Of a stretch of 44,849 nucleotides of DNA, positions 10,758 to 20,332 are shown in pieces (position 1 is the stretch's first letter; each line of letters begins with the position of its first letter). The notes beneath the pieces were generated by a model, which was not told the origin of the DNA, did not search any database, and saw only the letters and a list, made by a program, of their open reading frames with translations. The translations under genes and the position numbers were made by a program. Source of the stretch: a bacterium. GTDB taxonomy: Bacteria; Patescibacteriota; Minisyncoccia; Phycocordibacterales; UBA9973. The stretch lies in NCBI GenBank assembly GCA_037130335.1, contig JBAXTD010000003.1, forward strand, positions 1 to 44,849, read 5' to 3'.

Positions 10758-11333
10758 CTACCCTATTTTTTCCAGAATCTTTGGAATCAAATCAAAATCA
10801 TCTTGTAATGTTTTTCGCATACCACCATTATATAGTGCAGCAGCTGGATGATAGAGCGGGAGAAAATATTCTGTATCGATATATGTTATTTTTTTATGAA
10901 TCAATACACCATGCGCATCCGAAATTTTTAATTCCGGAAAAAAATTATTCATCGAATGCCGTCCGAGAAAAACAATAAGTTTTGGTTTAATTAAATTTAA
11001 TTCCTCATAGAGCCAACGAGCACAAGCTTCTTTTTCTGATTTTTCTGGATCACGATTATTTGGTGGACGATATTTAACGATGTTTGTAATATACACATCC
11101 TCACGTTTCATTTTGATATGTTCAAGCATTACAGAAAGAAATTTCCCTGCCGCACCTACAAACGGCACACCGAGTTTGTCTTCGGATTTTCCTGGAGCCT
11201 CACCAATAAAAACAATGTCTGCGCGAGCATTTCCATTTCCAAAAACTGGTTGCGTTGCAGTTTTTTTGAGTACACAAGTACATTTTTTTGACCATTTTTT
11301 ATTCAGTTCATGTAGTTGGTCATCTCTCGTCAT
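10758..11333 (-). CDS. Uracil-DNA glycosylase, family 4
   Basis: FIGEAPGxxED..G.PFVG.AG, TNIVKYRPPNNRDP, LYHPAAALY. Confidence 0.95.
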   Translation of the reverse strand: MTRDDQLHELNKKWSKKCTCVLKKTATQPVFGNGNARADIVFIGEAPGKSEDKLGVPFVGAAGKFLSVMLEHIKMKREDVYITNIVKYRPPNNRDPEKSEKEACARWLYEELNLIKPKLIVFLGRHSMNNFFPELKISDAHGVLIHKKITYIDTEYFLPLYHPAAALYNGGMRKTLQDDFDLIPKILEKIG

Positions 11334-11370
11334 AATTCAACTATAGTATCACAGAAATATGTACACATCA

Positions 11371-12954
11371 TTATTCATCTATAATTCGAATTTCGTCAGC
11401 AAGTTCTTTTGCAGACTTTGTGTCGGAATTAGTATGCAAAAATTTTCTCTCCGACCATGATTTTTTATTTTTTACTGCAAAAATAGCAACCAAAAGCATT
11501 CCGCCGATACCAACTATCGCAATCGGCCATGAAAAATTTTGTGCAGTATTTTGTAATGGCAAATTTGATTGTGCCTCAAGTGACATATCTGATGTCGCAC
11601 GTGCTGCCGAATCAACATCTTTTTGTGTAAGTGTCTGTGATACGTTTGATACAAGTACTGGGTTTTTATTTTTTGTTTGCACTGCAGAAATTTTTGCAGA
11701 AATATTTTTTTGTATTACAGTTGCATTACTATCAACAATTAAGCTTGAATCCGACTTTTTATCTACACCATATACATCAGTTGCCACACGTTGCCCAGGC
11801 AAATACAATGCAAAAGAATTTGTATTTAGATTTTCAAAACCAGTTATTTCAACAGGAAGTATAATCTTTTTTCCAGCAAGCAAAATTGTACTTTTGGGTA
11901 TTACAAAATATTTATTCGGATCCGTCACAGACTGCAACATCCAATTTGAAATATCTATTTCTTTTGTGTCAGTATTTGCAAGCTCGATCGAACCATCGGC
12001 ATTCACTGCATGTATCACAACAGATGGCGATGTAATTTCAATTATTTTTCGAGCAGAGAGTACATCAAAATCATTTTCATCATATGGATTATGTCGATAC
12101 TCAAACGTTACGACATATGTCCCAGGATATTTATATGTGTGTCGAAACGGAATCGGATAAAAATAATCATATTCAGTTCCATCACCCAATGAAATATGAA
12201 ATGATTTATTGGTGTGCGATGGATTATCAATTCCAGCAAGTTGCGGAATAATTTCAATCGAAATTCCCGCAGTCGCATTTTTGGGTACAAAAAGTTGCAC
12301 TTGTGGAGTTACTGATTGAGTTGACGGAGATGCAGAATTTGTATTATTTACAGGTAAACCATACGAACTAGAATCAATTGTTTGCGATGTACTTGTCGTA
12401 GTATTTGTTGTAGACGAAGCAGTAATAGCTACTACCGAATTTTCGGCATTTATAGCACCAGGTGTTGGCGTAGCAGAAACCCACATACCACTTGAATTTT
12501 TTTGTAAACTATTGCCGTCGTTTTTGGCACCCAAACTTGGATCAAGTGTCATCTGATCATCAATCAAAACAGGTGGCCGTGCTGTATCAGTAGTCAAAAT
12601 AAAAACGCTTGCGCGCGTTGTTGGAATACTAAAACTACTATCAACCGACAACAAATTGGGGTATGTAGTATTAAACCCAATTTGATCGTCGGCAATTATT
12701 GCATACGCACCACCAGGAAGTAGTGTCGTACCAGTTGCCTTTTGCGTTATGCTATGTCTCGTACTTGCTCCCCCGTCTGTATACAAAAAATATTTTGTGA
12801 GATCAACAGATTGAGTACCATTATTGTATACTTCAATCCACGCTGATTGCGTACCCGGTGGATCATACATTACTTCACTAAACACAAGTGCGGCGCGTGC
12901 ATGCGCAAACGGTACACATACAAACAAAAAACTTACAAAAATTATTTTTTTCAT
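11371..12954 (-). CDS. Secreted, C-terminally anchored lamin-tail-domain protein with a PKD-like domain
   Basis: Signal peptide; FSEVMYDPPG...WIEVYN...VDL (LTD); TPTPG; LGDG...HTYKYPGTYVV (PKD-like); second LTD IELAN...DISNW; C-terminal TM. Confidence 0.85.
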   Translation of the reverse strand: MKKIIFVSFLFVCVPFAHARAALVFSEVMYDPPGTQSAWIEVYNNGTQSVDLTKYFLYTDGGASTRHSITQKATGTTLLPGGAYAIIADDQIGFNTTYPNLLSVDSSFSIPTTRASVFILTTDTARPPVLIDDQMTLDPSLGAKNDGNSLQKNSSGMWVSATPTPGAINAENSVVAITASSTTNTTTSTSQTIDSSSYGLPVNNTNSASPSTQSVTPQVQLFVPKNATAGISIEIIPQLAGIDNPSHTNKSFHISLGDGTEYDYFYPIPFRHTYKYPGTYVVTFEYRHNPYDENDFDVLSARKIIEITSPSVVIHAVNADGSIELANTDTKEIDISNWMLQSVTDPNKYFVIPKSTILLAGKKIILPVEITGFENLNTNSFALYLPGQRVATDVYGVDKKSDSSLIVDSNATVIQKNISAKISAVQTKNKNPVLVSNVSQTLTQKDVDSAARATSDMSLEAQSNLPLQNTAQNFSWPIAIVGIGGMLLVAIFAVKNKKSWSERKFLHTNSDTKSAKELADEIRIIDE

Positions 12955-12991
12955 TTTTACTAAATAAAAAAACAAAAATTATAAACCTTTA

Positions 12992-15259
12992 TTAATTCAA
13001 AACTGTTCTCAAAACTTCTTCGGGGACTTCTCGAACTTTTTTGGGAGAAACATCTGGTGTAGTAGCAATATCTGGTGTTTCAGCTTTTGTCTCAGTTTCT
13101 GTCTCAGTTTTTATTTCATTTTTTATTTCAGTTTTTGTATCAGTTTTTACATTCGAACTATTTCGCGCACGATTAATTGCCTCCTGCAACGCAGATACTT
13201 TTTCGGTTGAAGCATTTTTATCAAATGATTTTGTATTTGCAGTATGAGAATTATTTTCAATTGTTTTGAGAGACGACAAAGAAATAGTTTTTTTAACCTC
13301 TGCAACAGGCGTTGGAATAATTTCTGTTTTTACTTCTTGTACATTATTTGTATCAGGTTTCATTGCATTGCCCAAAGCTTCCTTGAGAATACTTTGCAAA
13401 CCTTCATGGTCTGGACCCTTGCGTTCACGGGGAGCGATGACAACTTTTCCCTTGTCAGAAAACTTAGAAAATACCGGAATTTTCGGCTCAAAGGGTTTCT
13501 GAATTGGTTTTAGTATTGGAGTTGGTGTTGATATTGGTTTTTCAAATTTTACCGGTGCTGGTTTTGGAGTTTGTGTTTGTGTTGATACTGGCGATGAAAT
13601 TTTTTCAGATACAGGTGCTACGTTTGGTTTTGTAGGTACAAATGATTTTTCGGGAGATTTTTTGAAAAACGGTTTATGCATTGTCTTTTCTTCTGAAGCA
13701 AACTCAATTCCCAACCCCGAAAGTTCCGCAAATGATTGAGCTTGCGGTTCATATGATTTTTTTTGTGAACCCTTGAGAGGTTTTAATTCACCAGATTTAA
13801 TTTTTGCAATACATTCTTTGCAGTACACTGGACGACCTTCTTCCGGTTCAAATGGCACAGTCGTTTCTTTACCACACGATGAACACACCGCTTTGAATTT
13901 TCCTTCGGTAAACGTAGTGGTTGAATTCACATTCGGACTTCCACCCATTCCACTCCATTCATTAATTTCGCGTTCCACATCTTCACGTGAACGAGCATAT
14001 AATGCGCGAGATGATTCAATAATTTCTGCTTGCACATTACTATTTTCTGGAATTTTAAATGGAGGAAGTGTACTTGCCGAAAAAGGTCGCGATGTCACGC
14101 CATCTACCATGAGCTTGAGATAAATTTTATAGTTCGGCAAATTTACCATATCAGGCGTCGTAAATTCTGGATCGAATTCTTTTTCTAAATATTCTCCATC
14201 CACCGCTCCCACACGAAACACAATCATCGTTCCGACGTTTCCAAAAATCGCATCACGCACCGTATCGGAATCTTTGGTCGAAAGTTGCGCGATGTACTGG
14301 TGTGCAAGTGTGAGATTGAGACGATATTTACGAGCCTCAGAGAGAATAGATGCGAACGAGTCAGTAACGAAGTTTTGGAATTCGTCCACATACAAATAAA
14401 AATCTTTACGGTCGTCCTCGGGAATACGCACACGTTCCATCGCAGCAAGTTGAATTTTGGTAATAAGCATTCCACCCAAAAGTGCTGAGTTATCTTCACC
14501 GATACGTCCTTTGGAAACGTTCACGATAAAAATCTTTCCTGTGTTCATCATTTCAAACAAATCAATCGTTGATTTAGATTGTCCGACAACATTACGCACA
14601 AGTGAACTTGAGAGAAACTGTCCCACTTTGTTTTGGATCGGTGCAATTGCTTCGTTACGATATTGTTCACGCCAGGCTTCAAACTCATGCACCCAAAAAG
14701 CTCGAATAACTGGATCTTTTACGTTTGCAATAATTTGTTGGCGGTAATCTTTATCGACAAGCAAACGAGGAATTCCAAGCAATGTCGAACCAGGAGTTTC
14801 CACCAATGCGAGAATTGCATTATTGAGAATGTATTCCATACGTGCACTCCACGCATTAGCCCAAATTTTTGTAAAAATTCCCATGAGACCTGATGCCACC
14901 AAATGTTTATATCGCGGATCATCGATTTGAAGCACGTTGAAACCAATATGGTAGTCCATATCAGCCGGATTAAAATATATGACATCTTTAGCGCGATGTG
15001 GAGGAATCGTGGCAAGAATCTTTTCGACCAATTCGCCGTGCGGGTCAATCACACACACGCCTTCACCATTCCAAATATTTTGCACAATCATATTTTCAAG
15101 AAGCACGGATTTACCCGTTCCAGATTTTCCAAGCACGTACATATGCTGACGTCTGTCTCTACGTTTGATACCAAAAATCTGCTCATCCTTTCGGAAATTT
15201 GTTTTTGCAAGATATGTTATGTCTCTATTAAAGTTAATCCCTTCTGGGAGAAAATCCAT
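12992..15259 (-). CDS. CPR-type VirD4/TraD-like (T4CP/HerA-FtsK superfamily) ATPase with a CxxC-x17-CxxC zinc-binding domain and low-complexity tail
   Basis: Walker A GKSGTGKS, IDPHG, Walker B YVDEFQNF, SEARKY, AHQY; CSSC...VPFEP...PVYCKEC. Confidence 0.88.
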   Translation of the reverse strand: MDFLPEGINFNRDITYLAKTNFRKDEQIFGIKRRDRRQHMYVLGKSGTGKSVLLENMIVQNIWNGEGVCVIDPHGELVEKILATIPPHRAKDVIYFNPADMDYHIGFNVLQIDDPRYKHLVASGLMGIFTKIWANAWSARMEYILNNAILALVETPGSTLLGIPRLLVDKDYRQQIIANVKDPVIRAFWVHEFEAWREQYRNEAIAPIQNKVGQFLSSSLVRNVVGQSKSTIDLFEMMNTGKIFIVNVSKGRIGEDNSALLGGMLITKIQLAAMERVRIPEDDRKDFYLYVDEFQNFVTDSFASILSEARKYRLNLTLAHQYIAQLSTKDSDTVRDAIFGNVGTMIVFRVGAVDGEYLEKEFDPEFTTPDMVNLPNYKIYLKLMVDGVTSRPFSASTLPPFKIPENSNVQAEIIESSRALYARSREDVEREINEWSGMGGSPNVNSTTTFTEGKFKAVCSSCGKETTVPFEPEEGRPVYCKECIAKIKSGELKPLKGSQKKSYEPQAQSFAELSGLGIEFASEEKTMHKPFFKKSPEKSFVPTKPNVAPVSEKISSPVSTQTQTPKPAPVKFEKPISTPTPILKPIQKPFEPKIPVFSKFSDKGKVVIAPRERKGPDHEGLQSILKEALGNAMKPDTNNVQEVKTEIIPTPVAEVKKTISLSSLKTIENNSHTANTKSFDKNASTEKVSALQEAINRARNSSNVKTDTKTEIKNEIKTETETETKAETPDIATTPDVSPKKVREVPEEVLRTVLN

Positions 15260-15308
15260 ATCATAAATTATACGTTATGGAGTATCAAGTAACAAGAGGA
15301 AAAATATT

Positions 15309-15773
15309 TTATTTAATCCCTTCAATAATTTTTGCTGATTGTAGTGCAGCTTCCATTGATCCGTATCCGGAACGTAATCGAATTTCTGCTTGTGTTTTAT
15401 TTTCGAGTGTCAAAATTCCAAATCCAATCGGAATTCCAGAATCCAATTGCACGCGCATCACACCTTCCGTCACTGCTTTAGCGACGAAATCAAAGTGTGG
15501 TGTATCTCCCCGAATAATTGCACCGAGCGCCACGAGTGCGTGATATTTTTTGGTTTGTGCAAATGTTTGCAAAATGAGTGGAATTTCTACGCAACCTGCT
15601 ACGTATTCTACCGAAATATTTTCTGGTTGTACGCCATACGCAAGTGCGCATTCTTTTGCACTTTCCAAAAGCTTTTCGGTGATATCCAAATTAAATCCAG
15701 CCACAACAATACCGACGTTCCACTCCGGCGCAGTAAATTTTTCAAATACTTTATTTTTTGCTTCTTGTGTCAT
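15309..15773 (-). CDS. ribH: 6,7-dimethyl-8-ribityllumazine synthase
   Basis: GIVVAGFN..IT..LL, VAGCVEIP, ALGAIIRGDTPHFDFV, PIGFGILT. Confidence 0.96.
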   Translation of the reverse strand: MTQEAKNKVFEKFTAPEWNVGIVVAGFNLDITEKLLESAKECALAYGVQPENISVEYVAGCVEIPLILQTFAQTKKYHALVALGAIIRGDTPHFDFVAKAVTEGVMRVQLDSGIPIGFGILTLENKTQAEIRLRSGYGSMEAALQSAKIIEGIK

Positions 15774-15779
15774 TTGATT

Positions 15780-16364
15780 TTACTTCTTATCTGATAAGTC
15801 GAATTCCAAATTAACAATATCACCTTTCTCTAAATTCGAAAGTGTTGTGACCTTGAGTGTATGCGGTACCAGTGCCACAGCAAGGCTTGCCACACTGGCA
15901 GAATTTTTTACCTCTGCAATCGTCAAACTCGTTCCATTAATCACAATCGAACCTTTTTCAATCACATATTTTTTAAATTTCTTTGGGTATGCAATTTCGA
16001 TTCGATATCCTCGTTTGTCGTCAGAAATTTTTGTCACCGTTCCCACACAATTCACATGGCCCGATACGATGTGACCGTGCACGCGCGCACCATACACCAT
16101 CGGTCGTTCAATATTTACAATCGGATATATATTTTTGCCAAACGTAGTTTTCTCAAGTGTTTCAGGAATCATATCAAAAAAATATAGATTGTTTTTTGTA
16201 TTCTTTTTTATTTCAGCCACAGTCAAACACACTCCAGCCACCGCCACCGAATCCCCTAATTTTAATTTCCACTTTTTATCGAGCTCAATTGCAATCCGAA
16301 CATTGTGTCCAATATTTTCTTTCGAATCAATCCGTGCAGTTGTTTCTATTATTCCGGTAAACAT
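15780..16364 (-). CDS. ribE: Riboflavin synthase
   Basis: N-terminal MFTGII, GDSVAVAGVCLTV, GHIVSGHV, KGSIVINGTSLT, VNLEFD. Confidence 0.96.
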   Translation of the reverse strand: MFTGIIETTARIDSKENIGHNVRIAIELDKKWKLKLGDSVAVAGVCLTVAEIKKNTKNNLYFFDMIPETLEKTTFGKNIYPIVNIERPMVYGARVHGHIVSGHVNCVGTVTKISDDKRGYRIEIAYPKKFKKYVIEKGSIVINGTSLTIAEVKNSASVASLAVALVPHTLKVTTLSNLEKGDIVNLEFDLSDKK

Positions 16365-16383
16365 ATATGTATGTAAATTATTT

Positions 16384-17862
16384 TTAATCCATCAATTTCG
16401 GAGAATCTTGAAAAACAGCTTCTGCGATTTGTTCAGTATCTATTTCTATATTTCTTTCTTTTTCGTGCCTATGTATTTCTTCTTGCGTATTTTGAGAACT
16501 TTTTAATTCTTCTTCGTCAATCATTTTTTTTGCATCAGATACAGGAATCGAAAACTTTTCTCGTGACGCATCAATAATTTTTTGTTTATTTGATACATAT
16601 GGTGCAGGCAAGACTTTAAGTGATTCAGCAGAAAAAGGATCATACGATTCACCATCAATCGTCGTCTTTATATAGAATTCTCCGATTCCCAAATTAATCA
16701 TATCTTTGGTGTCAAAAATCGGTGCAAATTCTGGACGAAGCGTCACCGCGTCCTCACCACCTACACGGAAACAAATAATCGTTCCGATATTTCCGAGCAC
16801 TGCATGTTGAATTTTGGGCGTGAGTTGCCCCATGTACTGATGTGCAATTGTGAGATTGATGCTATATTTACGGGCTTCATACAAAATATTTTCAAACGTA
16901 TCAGTCACTACGTTTTGGAATTCATCAATATACAAATAAAAATCTTTGCGATCTCTCGAATCTAATTTAGCACGCGACATTCCAGCTTGCTTTATTTTTG
17001 TCAAAAAAATTGAACCAAAAAAACTAGCATTATCTTCTCCGATTTTTTCTTTTGAGAGATTAATGAGAATTATTTTTTGCTGGTTCATTAATTCCTCTAA
17101 ATTTATTTTATTTTCTTTCTGTCCAAAAATATTTCGAAGCATTGGGTTCGAGAGAAATTGTCCAAGCTTGTTGACGAGCGGAATGATAGCATCGGTATCA
17201 AACTTTTCCGACCAATCAGCAAATTCAATCGCCCAAAAACGTTTGACCATGTCGTCCTCGATATACTCAACAACTTTTTCACGATACGATCTATCAGTAA
17301 GCATCGAAATCATTCCATGCATTGTCGCATGTGGATAGTCGAGAAGCGCAAGCGTTGTAAATCGAAACACGTGTTCGAGGCGTGGTGTCCAATTACTACC
17401 AAATTGTTTCGACAATACTTCAATCAATCGTTGCGTCAATTGATGTTTGAATGTCGGATCTACATTTTGCAGCGGATTAAACGATACAGGAAATTCTACA
17501 TCCGACGGATCAATCACACACACGTCATCAATGCGTTCATCAGGAATGAAGTTTAAAATATCGTCGATAAATTCTCCGTGTGGATCAATCACGCACACGC
17601 CATATCCATAGGCAATATCTTGGCGCACAAAAAGTTCCTGAAGTTTGGATTTCCCCACTCCAGATTTACCGATGATATACGTGTGACGTTTACGATCGAC
17701 ACGTTTGATACCAAAAATAAATTTCTTTTCTTCGAGTGACGCGACGTAATTGGTACGACCAATAAACGAAACCTGCGCAGAATCAACATTGCCAAACACT
17801 GGCAAATCAGATGGTGGTGGTGCATATTTGATTATTTGAATTCGGTTTTGGCGCAGAGTCAT
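16384..17862 (-). CDS. Second CPR-type VirD4/TraD-like ATPase
   Basis: GKSGVGKS, IDPHG, YIDEFQN, EARKY, AHQY; clearly paralogous to 12992-15259. Confidence 0.88.
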   Translation of the reverse strand: MTLRQNRIQIIKYAPPPSDLPVFGNVDSAQVSFIGRTNYVASLEEKKFIFGIKRVDRKRHTYIIGKSGVGKSKLQELFVRQDIAYGYGVCVIDPHGEFIDDILNFIPDERIDDVCVIDPSDVEFPVSFNPLQNVDPTFKHQLTQRLIEVLSKQFGSNWTPRLEHVFRFTTLALLDYPHATMHGMISMLTDRSYREKVVEYIEDDMVKRFWAIEFADWSEKFDTDAIIPLVNKLGQFLSNPMLRNIFGQKENKINLEELMNQQKIILINLSKEKIGEDNASFFGSIFLTKIKQAGMSRAKLDSRDRKDFYLYIDEFQNVVTDTFENILYEARKYSINLTIAHQYMGQLTPKIQHAVLGNIGTIICFRVGGEDAVTLRPEFAPIFDTKDMINLGIGEFYIKTTIDGESYDPFSAESLKVLPAPYVSNKQKIIDASREKFSIPVSDAKKMIDEEELKSSQNTQEEIHRHEKERNIEIDTEQIAEAVFQDSPKLMD

Positions 17863-17939
17863 ATACGTATATATAGTATACCCTGTTTACGGTATTGTTT
17901 TAATAGGAAATCCCCATATTTCAAGGGTTTTTGAGGTAC

Positions 17940-17969
17940 TTGACAAAATATGATTTACTATGCTATAAT
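17940..17969 (+). promoter_or_regulatory. Sigma70-type promoter
   Basis: TTGACA-18-TATAAT upstream of ATG 18019. Confidence 0.7.
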
Positions 17970-18018
17970 ACCTATGATAGTTTAAACCACTTTAAAATCA
18001 AAATAAAAAACGGATCAA

Positions 18019-18321
18019 ATGAAAAGTATTATTCTGAATTTCGCACTCGTAGGAGCTACAGCACTTCTTATGACTTCCTGCAACACAGGCAGTGACAACG
18101 GAGAAGATTTGCCAATTTATGGCGCAGACAGTTCCAGGGTTGGAGCAGTGACAAGTATTAGCACAAAGCCTGGAACTGACAGTTCAACTTTGTATTACAA
18201 GTTTGCTGGTTCAAATGAGAACCACGCAACTATGGTCACCAAATCAAAGGGTGACAGCCTGCAAATCGGGGGCGCAATAAAAATAACAAAACGGAAGCAA
18301 GTAATTATTCTAAGACACTAA
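18019..18321 (+). CDS. Small putative lipoprotein
   Basis: MKSIILNFALVGATALLMTS-C lipobox-like signal; own promoter and terminator. Confidence 0.75.
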   Translation: MKSIILNFALVGATALLMTSCNTGSDNGEDLPIYGADSSRVGAVTSISTKPGTDSSTLYYKFAGSNENHATMVTKSKGDSLQIGGAIKITKRKQVIILRH

Positions 18322-18337
18322 GTATTACACATCATCC

Positions 18338-18379
18338 AAAAGCGCGCACGAAACATCACAATGTTTTGTACGCGCTTTT
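18338..18379. terminator. Bidirectional terminator between convergent genes
   Basis: aaaagcgcgcacgaaacat-caca-atgttttgtacgcgctttt imperfect hairpin with A/T tails. Confidence 0.8.
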
Positions 18380-18401
18380 TTATTTTGCTTGTATTAAATT
18401 T

Positions 18402-19625
18402 TTAGTACCCCATTGCCTTTGCGATACGCTCGAGTGCCACAATAAATGCTGCGCGACGAATATCTGTTTTTGCCGCGATTGATTTTTCATAAATCACCAT
18501 ACTTTCGCGATCGAGAATTTCTTTGAGTTTTGCAAATACATCGGCTTCACTCCAGTGTTCACCTTTGAGATTCTGTTCCCATTCAAATGTCGAGACTGTT
18601 ACCCCTCCTGAGTTTGCGAGAATATCTGGCACGACAGGAATATTTTTTGCAAACAAAATTTCATCGGCTTCTGTAGTGATTGGACCGTTTGCAAGTTCGA
18701 GAATAAATTTTGCTTTAATCTTTGTTGCATTATCTACCGTAATTTGATTTTCGAGTGCAGCTGGGATAAGCACATCGCATTCGAGTTCCAAAAGTTCCAT
18801 ATTCGTCACCGTGCGTGAACCAGGAAATCCTGCGAGTGTACCATTTGCCTTTTTCCAATCTTCGAGTGCTTTAACATCAATGCCATCGTCTTTGACGACA
18901 CCACCTTTGGAATCTGACATCGCAATAATTTTGTATCCATTTTTTGCAAAAACTTCTGCGGCATTTCCTCCCACGTTTCCAAATCCTTGAATCACAACTT
19001 TCGCACCATCTGGCACATTGTACTTTTTGCGAAGCACATCAAACACATAAAATCCTCCAAGCCCTGTGGCGATACCACGACCTTCTGAACCACCTTTGTC
19101 GAGTGGCTTACCTGTAAACGTCGCCATTGTTTTGTCTCCGGTAATAAGTGCAAACTCATCAGTCATCCATGACATAATTTCTGGAGTTGTGTTTACATCA
19201 GGCGCAGGCACGTCTTTGCGGGGTCCAAGCACATCAGCAAGTCCACGTACCCATCCACGAGAAAGCTTTTCGAGTTCTGTTTTTGAAAGTGTTTTTGGAT
19301 CTACGGTAACTCCTCCTTTTCCTCCACCCATCGGAATGTTTGCCACAGCACACTTGAGTGCCATCCAAAAAGCGAGCGCCTTTACTTCATTGATATCAGT
19401 ATCATAGTGGTATCTAATTCCACCTTTGTATGGACCACGCGCGTTGTTGTGTTCGACGCGATATCCTTCAAATACTTTTGTTTCTCCGTTATCCATTTTG
19501 ACTGGAATCGAAATACGAAGTTCGCGATTTGGCACAGCGATTTGAGCCAAAAAAGCTTCAGGAAACGCTTGAACTTCTACCGCTCGGTCCAATTGCATCA
19601 TTGCATTCTCGTATGGGTTTTGCAT
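18402..19625 (-). CDS. gdhA: Glu/Leu/Phe/Val dehydrogenase (glutamate dehydrogenase)
   Basis: GPYKGGIRY, GGGKGG, DVPAPDVNT, QGFGNVG, ELANGP, PDILANSGGV; likely start MQNPY at 19625. Confidence 0.93.
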   Translation of the reverse strand: MQNPYENAMMQLDRAVEVQAFPEAFLAQIAVPNRELRISIPVKMDNGETKVFEGYRVEHNNARGPYKGGIRYHYDTDINEVKALAFWMALKCAVANIPMGGGKGGVTVDPKTLSKTELEKLSRGWVRGLADVLGPRKDVPAPDVNTTPEIMSWMTDEFALITGDKTMATFTGKPLDKGGSEGRGIATGLGGFYVFDVLRKKYNVPDGAKVVIQGFGNVGGNAAEVFAKNGYKIIAMSDSKGGVVKDDGIDVKALEDWKKANGTLAGFPGSRTVTNMELLELECDVLIPAALENQITVDNATKIKAKFILELANGPITTEADEILFAKNIPVVPDILANSGGVTVSTFEWEQNLKGEHWSEADVFAKLKEILDRESMVIYEKSIAAKTDIRRAAFIVALERIAKAMGY

Positions 19626-19798
19626 AAAAAATTTTGTAATTAACGCACGTTTATAAAATAAGAGACATTTAATTATACTCCTACAAATAATACGCACAAC
19701 AATCACCTACCGGTGCAAAAAAATAACACCAATATAAATCAGTTGACATAAAATTTAAAAGTTGTAGAGTATCAGTGAACTTTAAAAACACGCACATT

Positions 19799-20152
19799 AT
19801 GGATTTCAAAAGCATTGTTATGTTAAGTAACGGGAACTTCGTATGCACATTAACAGATACAAACGGAGTAATATTTTCCGGTATTAATCTTAATACGGAA
19901 AATTTGGAAATTAAAAGAGATTATAATACAAGAAACATCCCTGATCATGATCCAAAAATTGGAGAAGTTTTACAGAAACTTCAAAAACCGAATTTTTATG
20001 AAAATGGTAAATTGCAACATCAATTAATCATTTTTTTAAAAAACCTGCCTAAAAAACAATCTATTATTATTGAAATACCCGAAAAACAGAAAGGTAAAAA
20101 ATATCAAAAACCTTACGCGGCTCAGCGTGCAATAGCATGCCGTACTCACTAA
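19799..20152 (+). CDS. Hypothetical protein
   Basis: Solitary ORF with TTGACA at 19743 upstream and a terminator downstream; start uncertain (19775 or 19799). Confidence 0.6.
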   Translation: MDFKSIVMLSNGNFVCTLTDTNGVIFSGINLNTENLEIKRDYNTRNIPDHDPKIGEVLQKLQKPNFYENGKLQHQLIIFLKNLPKKQSIIIEIPEKQKGKKYQKPYAAQRAIACRTH

Positions 20153-20171
20153 AAGTGAGGTATAAAAATTT

Positions 20172-20208
20172 ATGGCTACGTATTCCCCACAAAGGAGTAT
20201 GTAGCCAT
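20172..20208 (+). terminator. Rho-independent terminator
   Basis: atggctacgtattcc-7-ggagtatgtagccat followed by a T-run. Confidence 0.8.
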
Positions 20209-20213
20209 TTTTA

Positions 20214-20242
20214 TTGCCTAAAATTATTTTTTCGTATATAAT
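20214..20242 (+). promoter_or_regulatory. Promoter of tRNA-Ala
   Basis: TTGCCT-17-TATAAT, 17 nt before the tRNA 5' end. Confidence 0.7.
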
Positions 20243-20259
20243 ACTCCCCGTGAAGTTTT

Positions 20260-20332
20260 GGGCCCTTAGCTCATCTGGTAGAGCGCCTCATTTGCAATGA
20301 GGAGGCAAGCGGTTCGAGTCCGCTAGGGTCCA
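20260..20332 (+). tRNA. tRNA-Ala (TGC), CCA not encoded
   Basis: Cloverleaf: acceptor GGGCCCT/AGGGTCC with G3:U70; D arm GCTC/GAGC; anticodon arm CCTCA-TTTGCAA-TGAGG; T arm AGCGG-TTCGAGT-CCGCT; discriminator A73. Confidence 0.98.

Noticed and set aside
11420-12160. 246-aa plus-strand ORF and the many other antisense ORFs in the track
   Set aside because: Shadow ORFs opposite well-supported genes, with no recognisable motifs
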